Assembly (NCBI GenBank): GCA_964187785.1
Contig: OZ076409.1
Span: 68,326,001 to 68,390,000, forward strand
Origin: Amphiscolops sp. MND2022
Taxonomy: Eukaryota
Direction: 5' to 3'
Length of the DNA: 64,000 bases
The position numbers and the translations under genes are program-made. The notes under the pieces were generated by a model that was given only the letters and a program-made list of their open reading frames with translations, searched no databases and had not been told where the DNA came from. Shown here piece after piece: positions 36,860 through 47,513 of the stretch; the first letter of the stretch is position 1, and every line of letters starts with the position of its first letter.

Positions 36860-38015
36860 GATATTATGAAAATCGACAATCGACAGTTTAGGCATCTTTC
36901 CAAACAACTGCTCCGCGTTCAAAACACCAACGAAAGATGAACCTATTGTTCTTGGTTCACCACTTGGTTCGAGATCGCAGGCAGACTTACTAGAAAAAAA
37001 ACCTATTGAACTAGAAAAGGTTAATGGAATTGTTTAAAAACTGGATCCTCATAATGGTTTTTTATGTTGGAACATTGCTTCAGTATGCCAAAGTTGTAAC
37101 ATTTCTTGAGCAAGTGTACATGTTTTATTGATCCAGCTCCCTTGGAAATGTATGAAAAAAACGTACGCGACGGGTTCTCCAAAGTGTGTAACGCGACCTT
37201 CGATGATATTTCGAGTACTCAGCTGACTCTGCCTGCTGAAATGGGTGGTCTTGGGGTTTCGTCTGCATTTATATTACCACTTTCCAATTTTTGGCTCAAA
37301 CGTTTGGTGCGAGTGACTTTCTCAAGACCATTTTAGCGAGAACATTCGAAGGTGTCTCGTCCAATAAACGGCTTGAGAAATGGCTGAGTTCGACGAATGA
37401 ACAGCAAAGTCCTCTCGATGGAACCCAGAAAATGTGGACATATCCGTTTTCATTTAATCAACTTTATAGAATGGATGACAAACGTTCGAAAATTTTGAAC
37501 GCTTATCAAATAAATTCGGGTCTCAAAGGCTCAAAGTTGTTCCTTGTAAGACCGTAGGCCTGAAATTTGATGATCACCAGCTCCGGAGTTCGAATGGTGC
37601 ACTTTTTGTAACCAACATATGTGTTGCGCATACGTGTCACTGTGGTAAAGAAGTTGAACGGGACGGTTTACATGGTCTTTTTTTGCACCAAGAATGCTCA
37701 TCGCTTCTCACGTCATGCTACCCAAATCTCGCGTAAGGCAGACGTTGGGATCTCTCAACTTGACTTCAATGCTCGCCCCGCGTGGACTGTACCGAATTGA
37801 TGGCAAATGCCTAGACACTGTTACGATGATTCTTTGGGAAATGGGTGAACAGCTGGTGTGGGATGTCATGGTTGTGGATGCTCTTACACCCAGTCGCCTG
37901 AATCAAGGCTCCTTATGCAACGCGGGAACCACCGCCAGCTAAGTTGAAGCCCGGAAAAATGGGAAGTATCGCAACTTAATTGAAAATGGAAACATTTTCC
38001 AGCCGGTGGCCTGTC
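36860..38015 (+). pseudogene. Second copy of the CRE-like relic (third fragment at 38260-38383)
   Basis: Colinear with 31640-32806; LVWDVMVVD motif. Confidence 0.75.
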
Positions 38016-38377
38016 GGGTCACAAGATAAGGGAAAATCATTGCATCAAAAGTTCAATTGAAGTCGATAACATTAAGAGCACTGAAATGCAAATTCAAATA
38101 AATATAAGAATAAAAAACACGATGTTAAATTGAAACGAGACGAAATGAAATCTCCCCCAAAGGAAGAGACAATCATTTGACTACAAAACCTTTGAACCGT
38201 GCTTTGGGTTTGCACACCCTTCCATATCTCTTGACGTTAAGTTCGTCAAGAATCAAGGCTCGCCTGAATCAAGGCTCCTTATGCAACGCGGGAACCACCG
38301 CCCACCAGGCTGAAGCGCGTAAAATTGAGAAGTATCAGAAATTAATAGAAAATGGATACATTTTTCAACCAGTGGCC

Positions 38378-41300
38378 TGTTAGGTCACTAGACAAAGGAA
38401 AATCATTGCATCAAATTTTCAATTGAAGTCAATAACATTAAGGGCACTGAAATGCAAATTAAAATTAACATAAGATAAAAAATACGATGTTAAATTATTA
38501 CGAGACGAAGTGAAACCTCCCCCAAAGGAAGAAACAATCATTTGGCTACAAAACCTTTGAACCGTGCATTGGGTTTGCACACCCTTCCATATCTACTGAC
38601 ATTAAGTTCGGTGTTGCAAGGACGATCACATCACGACATCTGATCGTAAGCGTCTGGGATATCATTCAAGCTTTCTTCTGTCGTCTTATAAGGCTCTGGA
38701 GGTTGGGAGATTTGTAGCAAGATTGTAGGTAGACTTTCCGATGGGGCATTTAATAATTTGTCTTGTGCTATCAAGTATGGTCCGATCATCATTCTGCGGA
38801 TTTATCCAATCAGTGTTTGTCCCCTTCCGAACCAGATATGTTGCCGGAATAGCAGATTTTTCAGCAGCTGCCCTGTAAAATTTTGGCTGGCCAATTTCAA
38901 AGTCAACAACAGCTGGTAATCTTAAGGTATTTCCAAACATCAATCAGGCAGGGGTGTCACCATGTGGGTTGTTCGTTTTTCTGTGGGTAGGAAGGGTTCG
39001 TTGTAAAAACGAGTGGAAGATTTCGAAGTCTGATTCTCAAATGAGGTTTCCATGCCTTCAGGGCTTTCTTTATAGTTTGATGACATTAGATTGGGGCGCG
39101 TACTGAGGAGATTCCACCTTTTTACACCTTTGAATTTCTAGTCAATGTGTGATTTTACCATTAGTGATTTTTTTAGCGTTATCAGAAACCAATGAGTATG
39201 GAACTCTAAATCGAGCAAACACCGACGAAAGACACTTTACAACATTTTCAAATGGGCGATCACCACAAACGAAGGGTTCGATCCATTCAGATCCCGCGTG
39301 AACTATTATCAGAACGTTGCCAACTTACTGTATTCGGGCCCAGTTCATGTAAAGTTGTTCAAACGGTGCAACTTCGGGCCATGTTCCGATTGATTTAACA
39401 ACACGAGGTCGAAGTTTGTTCACGTAGTGTAACAACATTCACCTAGTTCTCAAAATTGAGGCTCATTCCCGGTCACCAAGATGTGAGCTTCATTTCTTGT
39501 TGCAATCATATCTCCATGGGTTTCGTGAGCTCTTTTGATAACGTTTCTCGGAGGCATAAATGGCCTTGTACCCTTATACACTAGGTCATTCTCGAAAGTT
39601 AGGAAGAAAATGTGCCAGTTTTTTGGAAGGCACTTCTTGTTGTGAACAGTCCGACCATTTGCCACTGAAGATACGCTTCATAGCTGTCTGAATCAGTGGA
39701 TAGGTTGAACAATCGACTTCGGGATTTATTGATTTTGCCTGCAGGTTGGAAACTTGACGTCACTGTAATTATTCGTCGCTTCAAGCTGATCGGTTTCGTT
39801 GATTTGAAATTGGAGACGGCTCAAGGCATCTGCATGTAGAATTTTCCGGCCTTCCTGGTAAACAACATAGTCGAAAACCAACAAAGCTATAGCTCATCTG
39901 CGAATTCTCGCTGAGGCGGTCTTGGTGATCTCTTTGCACGTGGAGAAAAAGAACTCTGTGGTTTATGGTCAGTGATTAGTTTGAAATTAAGTCCCGGCAG
40001 AAATTGTCGTAGACCACCGATGACATTTACTAGCCCATTGCTTCATTTTCAATATTAGAATAACGCGATTCAGCAGCCGGCAACCTCCCTGACACGTAGA
40101 TCACCCGATGTCCTTCTTGTGACACAATTCCGCCTATGGCAATTTCTGATGCATCGGTTGTCACAAAGGCACCCTTTTTTGCCAATAAGGTTGAACCAAT
40201 GGCTTAGATGCTATTTTTTCTTCAGTAAATTGAAACCGTTTGGACAATTCGTTGTCCATTTGACGCTTGTGTCCTTTTTTGTAATTCCGAGATCGAGCTC
40301 AATTTAGATGTGAAATTAGGGGTGAACCTTCTAATGAAAATAACTACTCTACAGAACTGTTTCACTTTTTGACAGTGGACGGTGGCAACATGTTCATAAT
40401 TTTATTGACGTTTCTATTTTCTAGCTTTATGCCTTTTGCTGAAATGGTGTATCCAATACAAGATTTTTGTTCGGTGATTGTACTGGATTTTGTTGCAATG
40501 ATCGCAAAGTTTTGTCTTTCAATCCATCTCCCATCGCTTGTAAGTGCTTCTTGCATTAACTTTCTTTTCCAAAACCGAGGAGGTGTACTAAAAGATGATA
40601 ATTCCTGTCAGAACCTTCGAGGCCTCCTCGGTTCTCTCTTGGGGGATGGCTGAAGAATTTTTGATACCTTGTTGAAGCCTCTTGACCCGGTACAGTCCTT
40701 GAGTTGTCCTAATGGTAGAAATCTTCTAGATTTGGTCATCTAATTGGCTTTGATAATATGCTAATGACATTCGATATTTGCAAAATCTTTGGCAACACTC
40801 ATTTTGTGAACTAATGTTTCCGTGTCAGGCAATGGGTAAGCCTCTGTCTTTTTTATGTCAACTACAGGTGAAGCATTCATCACCCCACCAGGTTCGACTG
40901 GTTATATGAGTCCCTGAGCTTCCAGCTTGGCCAATTCGTACGTAACTTGATCTTGTGAGGCTAAGGGGACAATCCGAGCACGGCAAAACATGGGTTTGGC
41001 ATCTGGTTTCAGTTTCATTGCCGCAGGTTTACATTTCATGTCTGGTGAAGGTGCAGTGAGGTTCAAATCTTCTAATTGATTAATTTGGTTGATAGGTTGA
41101 AATGTGTAATGTCTCTTCCAATTAGGTCGCAACTTTTCAGTTTCAATTACAGCAACTCGAAATTTGTACTTGCGTCCTTTTTTTGTTATTTCACAGTGCA
41201 ATGACCCCTCGTGTCTCATTAAGTGCCCATCATTAGCTTCAATGAATTGCTAATGTGACGTTAGGCTGGGTGAGCACAATTTTACCCACTATTCCGTAGC

Positions 41301-42250
41301 AATTAATGTGATCGAAGATCCTGAGTCATTCTGCATTTTAAGCTGATGTCCAATAGTTTCAATTTCTTCCCATTCACGAGCAGGCTGATCAAGATTCACT
41401 TCTTCAACAGGTTGCGTAACGTACATTTCTTAAGCGCTTGTTTTGATAACCTGTTAATCAGTCATGTCAGAGGCGTGATTCACGTTCTTTCTTCCTTCCT
41501 TACGCCATGCCACTTCGCTCAGTGTTGCAACAAAACGTCTCAAAGTGCCCTTACGTTTTGCTTGAGTTGCAGACTTTGTTGATGGCTGGGCATTCAAACC
41601 TTTGGGGGCCAGGCTTCGCACCACATCTAGCTCATTCTGAAGGTCTTGTGCTGAATCTGTTTCTGACGAAAATGCTACAATTTTAGAAGACGTTGTTGAG
41701 TCAGGACCTGATGCAAACTTTATTGGCTCAGATCTATTTCGGAGTGTTTGTAGAAGCTCTTCCACTGTCAATTTTCGTTGAGACCTAGTGGGTCTACAAA
41801 GTTGATTTTTATATTCTTCCAAGCCTGCCAAAAATTGCGGTCTAATCAGTTCCGTCTCAGGATCTGCGGATGTGTTGACAGTTACGAATTTGCAGTAACG
41901 AGCAGTTTGTCTGAGTCTAGCCAAAAAGTCAGTTCCAGTCTCATCACTCCCTTGAGCAGTGTCTAATCTTTCGGCTGGTTTCAAATATGCAACTTTTTTC
42001 GCTTAAATATCAGCGAATAGCAGGTAGCTCTGAGCACAATCAAGCTAGAAATTTTCTTCAGTGCTTCAAGGCCGACTGATAAATATTAAAGATTTGGTAG
42101 TCTTTCTCCCGTCCAGTTGTCGGATCCGCTTCTAAATCCTGCTTCTCTTCAACTCTCTCCTTTGCTTTGAGAGAAGTAAGCCACATCAATGCATTTAGGC
42201 ATATCATGGTTCTTCAAGATTCAACAGGATGCGTTCCATTTTAAGTTCCA
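38378..42250 (-). mobile_element. Decayed Ty3/Gypsy element (gag-PR-RT-RH-IN); its integrase end is duplicated at ~32800-33665
   Basis: FLARLRQTARYCKF, DSGSSIT, KLKPDAKPMFCRARIVPLA...LEAQGLI, YPLPDTET, DASEIAIGG...AESRYSNIE and an H-H motif; PPT-like TTTGGGGGAGG at ~38517-38527 next to a possible ~140-bp LTR. Confidence 0.8.
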
Positions 42251-42803
42251 GTCAACTCTCGTCATGAGAAACTGAATTCTTCATAGAACTCGAATTGACC
42301 AAAGAGATATATACAACCATATGTCAATTTTCGTTTGGGATCGATAAAACGATGAAATTTCTTTCAACAGACTTCAAATCAAATTTAGCTCCGAAAAAAT
42401 TATTCCTCCTGAGAGCAAAACCGAATAAATTCACATGTATTTTACTAACTCAGTTTGAGTTCGTCACTTGATTTTCTTCGTTTTTGGTCGATGGATTTTT
42501 AAAACCTTTTTCGGGTTCTTCGTTTTTGATCACACAACTGAGAAAAGATGTAGCTCCAACTTGTGACTTAGATGTATTTTTTTCAGTTCCAACTTGATCG
42601 AAGTGTTTTTTCTTTTTCGCGCTGTCAATATCTTGTTTACGTGTATTATGGTGATCCCGGTGGACTTCAATTCATAAAGATGTTTTCACTTCCTATGCGT
42701 TAACAGTACACGATCGCAGCAATTCTTGGCTTCAAGGCTCTTATCTTCATCAGATATCCTGAATCTTCTGTTTATTTCAACTAACTGTTTCACGGCCAAA
42801 TTC

Positions 42804-43003
42804 NNNNNNNNNNNNNNNNNNNNNNNNNNNNNNNNNNNNNNNNNNNNNNNNNNNNNNNNNNNNNNNNNNNNNNNNNNNNNNNNNNNNNNNNNNNNNNNNN
42901 NNNNNNNNNNNNNNNNNNNNNNNNNNNNNNNNNNNNNNNNNNNNNNNNNNNNNNNNNNNNNNNNNNNNNNNNNNNNNNNNNNNNNNNNNNNNNNNNNNNN
43001 NNN
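42804..43003. other. Assembly gap (200 N)
   Basis: Run of N. Confidence 1.
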
Positions 43004-44776
43004 GATTCGTTTTGAGATCAATGAGTGAGACGGCAATCTGTCAGTGAAGGATTGAATCAAACCCGAAGCAGTTAATGTAAGACTTCACGAGATGAGCAAC
43101 TAGTCTCCGATTGTCCCATCAAAACAGTAGTGTGACCCCAGTGATTCGATCGCTCGATACAATTCAGATTAGTATGGTATCTAGCTGCAGGACTAATCAC
43201 TCAGACCACACTGCCTGCTTGAATTGAAGTTCTCGTCTCAGCGTTACCGGGCGGTCAATTTCAACACAAGAAGCAACAATGTTTAAACGGTAAAAATTTG
43301 ATAGTTTGCGGCCAATAATTTTGATACAAATATTTTCCGTTTTAGAGTCGGGCTTTGGAAAAGTGATTTTAAGTTGTTTTTGACGTAGAGTTTATTAGAG
43401 TACACGTTCAGAAAGGTTTCTGGAAATTGTTATAAAAATGTTTCAACAAGTCGACCTCAACTGAAAATACATGGTTTGCAAAGGTTCATGAAAACTACTT
43501 TTGCTCCAGGATTCACAAATTTCATCTCGCGATTCACAATGAAAGTGCTAGCAAAAACAACAAATTCTTGGTCACTCTGTAGGGCTATTAATTCACTTTT
43601 TTTTGCTGTGGATTTCCAAACCAGTACTCAGATGTTGCAAGTCAATTTTTCTTCTTCGTATTCAATCATACACACCAACAACAGCAGCAGCAATTCAAGT
43701 TCTTCTAAGCAGAACAGACACAGCAATCCCAGTTTAGCCACTGTTCTGATACATTGCGATCGCTGTATACAAGTCAGATCAATTCGAACAAAGCTACAAG
43801 ACCAAACTCTGAGCAATGAGACTATTTACTTTCACGTTTTCCTTTTGAGCTTTCAAAACTCAATTTTCATTCAAAGAGTCGAGATGCTACATCTCCATAT
43901 CCTCTTTTCACCAAAACTCAGGCTCTCTCCGCTCATCGACACATAGCCTTCTCCATGCTGCTCGTATTGGAGTTGGTAGAATTGATAGCTTGATTGCAGT
44001 TCTCAGTATTTTTCTTTGCGTAGTGAAATCAGTGACGCAATGTACAATTTGTTGCTATGCACTTTTTGTTGATTGTCTGACACCAACCGAAAAAACATTC
44101 AGCCTTGGTGCAGTCACGATGCTCGCAGCAATCTGCATGGAAAATCAGGCTGTATTTAGCGAAGAAATTTTCACCTATTCGCTCAAGTATTGTAACGGTG
44201 AAGTTTTCTGCAAACAGAAAATTTAAACAAGGGAACGTTGGATATCAAATCCGTGGCAGCACAATCGGACGACCCTTAATCACTCGTTTCAAAACCTAAC
44301 TTGATTTGTTTTTGTTGAAAATGTTGACAGGTGTGTGCGCCGGAAGTTTTCTGAAACTTGCTGACAATTCAGTGAGATGAACATGAGCGAGTTTTCGTCA
44401 AAATGAAATTATCGCGAGTTTCTAAAAGGTTCACTGCTTGCTTGTGCAGCACAAGATACCGAAAAAAGAATAATTCACTGAGTTCACACAAATATTTTCA
44501 AACATTCAAAACAACGAAAGAAAATTATGTTGAAAGAAAACTCTATAGCACAGAAAACGAATTAACTGCTCCTCACCAGTTGAACATCCACAACCAATAA
44601 TTAGATCAAGCTCCTAAGTCCTGAAATTGCTCACTGGATTATTTTGCACTATGTGTTCTCTGACTAGAAAAGTTTGAAATTAAATCTTTTACTTTCCCGG
44701 GTTACACATGAAAATCAGTGTTAATTAGTTGCTAATTAAGTGTTTGTGATCGATGTTAAAATGTTCAATTTCTTCA

Positions 44777-45397
44777 TTAGTTTTGTTCTTCGAGTTTCCA
44801 GCACTTGCGGCACATTGTGATGAATTCGTTTTCACCACCAATTGTTATTTCTTCTGGTTGCACTAATGTTCGATGCCTTGTGAAACAACTTTTCTCTTCC
44901 GAACACAAACCACAAATAGCGGTCAACATCTTAATTGATTCAACTTTGGGTAGGAGATTGAGAATTTTTTTGAAGCCCTCTCTGCGGTGATTACCAATCA
45001 ATGCCGCGACGACGACAATTTTCCCTGCCATAGCCAATTGGTCACACATTTCAACAATGTCATCGAAAAATTGTCCTTCGTCAATGCCTGAAACGATTCC
45101 TCCTGAGCAATTGTTCAGAAAAAAGAATGGAAAAGCAAGGTACCACAACTTACCTACAACGTCATATTGCGACATTTTTTCGTAAACTGCATCCAGTGTC
45201 AATGTCCCAATTGCTTCAAGTGATTGCCCGTCGTGAGAGACAACATGCGGGGAGCTGTATCTCAAGTCACTTGCGTATTTGACCACGACGCAGGATTTTT
45301 CACGATGACTATAACGTTTGACCCGTCTGAGAAGCTCAGTCGTTTTCCCGCTAAACATAGGGCCAATAATAGCTTCAATCGATCCGGATTTGTTCAT
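44777..45397 (-). CDS. TK1: Thymidine kinase, TK1 type (184 aa; exons 45397-45154 and 45087-44777)
   Basis: GPMFSGKTTEL P-loop, KYASDLRY, GIDEGQFF, zinc site CGLC...CRKC and IGG; a 66-nt GTAAGT...TTTCAG intron splits VVG/IDE. Confidence 0.93.
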   Translation of the reverse strand: MNKSGSIEAIIGPMFSGKTTELLRRVKRYSHREKSCVVVKYASDLRYSSPHVVSHDGQSLEAIGTLTLDAVYEKMSQYDVVGKLWYLAFPFFFLNNCSGGIVSGIDEGQFFDDIVEMCDQLAMAGKIVVVAALIGNHRREGFKKILNLLPKVESIKMLTAICGLCSEEKSCFTRHRTLVQPEEITIGGENEFITMCRKCWKLEEQN

Positions 45398-45544
45398 TGC
45401 GTGTTTGTTGCAGAAATTCGTCCAACAGCGTTTATAGTCAAAAAGTGTTATGATAGTAGAAACGGTTTCTATTTGAGTCAGGTTTGGTTTTATCAATTCC
45501 GAGATCCGTTTGTTTCACTTCCAATAGACAACGTAGAAATGTTA

Positions 45545-45805
45545 GGTTGATTCTTTGTTGATAGTGACTATTAGGATGAATAGAAACTTCAAAGTTCATT
45601 TTGAAAGGGAAGTTCGTTTGATTTGTCAAGATAGTTTCAGTTTGTTTATATCAGCAGACCTAGTTGAATCAACTCGCTCAGGTTTCAGTTGATTCTGTAA
45701 CGATATTGACCACTATTAGGATGATTAGAAACTTCTAAGTTCAACTTGGATTGGAAGTTCGTTTGAGTTGTCAACATAGTTTCAGTTCGTTTCTATCACC
45801 AAACC
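45545..45805. repeat. Two diverged ~143-bp-period direct repeats upstream of TK
   Basis: gttgattct...actattaggatga.tagaaacttc.aagttca...gaagttcgtttga.ttgtcaa.atagtttcagtt occurs twice. Confidence 0.75.
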
Positions 45806-45806
45806 A

Positions 45807-47513
45807 TTCGATCGATCTTTCAATATACAGTACCATACTATCGGACTAAAGTAGCTAAGATTCAATGAACAGAGCCGTATAGGAGCGTTGTTCGATCTAT
45901 CTTTTAATATACAGAACCATATTATAGGTCTAAAATAGTTAAGATCCGATGAGCACGGCCGTATTGACTTATATTCGATCTATCTTTCAATATACTTTAC
46001 AATATTTCTAAAGTAGCTAAGATTCGATGAACACGGTCGTATCGGAGTTATATCCGATCTGTATTTCAATATACAGTTCCACAATATAAGTCTAAAGTAG
46101 CTAAGATTCGATGAACACTTTCGCATAGGACCTTTGTTCGATCTACCTTTGTTCGATCTATACAGTATCATATTATAGGTCTAAAGTAGCTATGATTCGA
46201 TGAACACGGCCGTATAGGACTTCTATTCGATCTATCTTTCTGTATACATTACTTTACTAAACTTCTAAAGTAGCTAAGATTCGATGAACACGGAAGTATC
46301 GGACTTATATCCGATCTATATTTCAATATACAGTTCCACACTATAAGTCTAAAGTAGCTAAGATTCGATGAACACTTTCGTATAGGACTTATGTTCGATC
46401 TATCTTTCAATATACAGTACAATACTATACGACTAAAGTAGCGAAGATTCAAAGAACAAAGCTGTATAGGAATCATTCGATTTATCTTCCAAAATGCAGT
46501 ACCATACTAGGTCTAATGTAGGTAATATTAAGTGAACACGATCGTATGGGTTTCTTATTTGATCAATGTTTGTTTATACAGTACCATATTATAGGTCTAA
46601 AGTAGCTACGATTCAAAGAACACAGCCGTATAGGACTTATGTTTGATCTATCTTCTACTATACAGTACCATATTGTAGGTCTAAACTAGCTAACATCCGA
46701 TGAACACGGTCGTATAGGACCTATATTCGATCTATCTTTTATCTTTCAATATACATTACTATACTCTTTCTAAAGTAGCTAAGATTCAATGAACACGATA
46801 GTATTCGACTTATATTCGATCTATTTTTCAATATACAGTTCCATACTATACAGTAGCTAATATTCGATGGATGAACACTTTCGTATAGGACTTATATTCG
46901 ATCTATTTTTCATTATTCAGTACCGTACTACACGTCTAAAGTAGCTAAGATTCAATTAACACGATCGTATAAGTTTTATATTCGATCAATCTTTCAATTT
47001 ACAGTACCATACTATAGGTCTAAAGTAGCTAAGAATTAATGAACAAAGTGGTATAGGACTTGTATTCGATCTATCGTTCAATATACATTACTATACTATA
47101 TTTCTAAAGTAGCTAAGATTCGATGAACACGGTAGTATTGGACTTATATTCGATCTATTTTCTGAACACGGTCGTATTGGAATTTTATCCTATCTATTTT
47201 TCAATATACAGTTCCATACTATAAGTCTGAAGTAGCTAAGATTCGATGAATACTTTCGTATAGAACTTATTTTCGATCTATCTTTCGATATACAGTACAA
47301 GACTATACGACTAAAGTTGCTAAGACTCATTAACACAGTCGTATAGGACTTACGTTTGATCAATCTTTGAATATACAGTACCATATTATAGGTCTAAAGT
47401 AGCTAAGATTCAATTAACATGATCGAATAGGTTTTTCATTCGATTAATCTTTCAATATACAGCACCATACTATATGTCTAAAGTAGCTAAGATTCAATAA
47501 ACACGGTCGTATA
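45807..47513. repeat. 84-bp satellite, ~20 units
   Basis: Unit AAAGTAGCTAAGATTCGATGAACACGGTCGTATAGGACTTATATTCGATCTATCTTTCAATATACAGTACCATACTATAGGTCT; anchors at 46183, 46267, 46351 and 46435. Confidence 0.95.

Larger units (their letters stand above)
28454..39243. repeat. Tandem segmental duplication: 28454-33033 vs 33666-38246, plus 32683-33665 vs 38260-39243
   Basis: Colinear similarity starting at atccggtcacagttacaatgtgcaa in both copies; duplicated ORF pairs in the track (e.g. 31254/36492, 33109/38686). Confidence 0.92.

Noticed and set aside
42686..43060. ORFs spanning the N run
   Set aside because: Assembly-gap artefacts.
45398..45496. N-terminal extension of the 239-aa TK ORF
   Set aside because: Starts at a non-ATG codon; TK homology begins right after the ATG at 45397.
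45807..47513. CRISPR-like array
   Set aside because: Whole units are repeated with no unique spacers, there are no cas genes, and the context is eukaryotic; the same applies to the 33- and 60-bp arrays.
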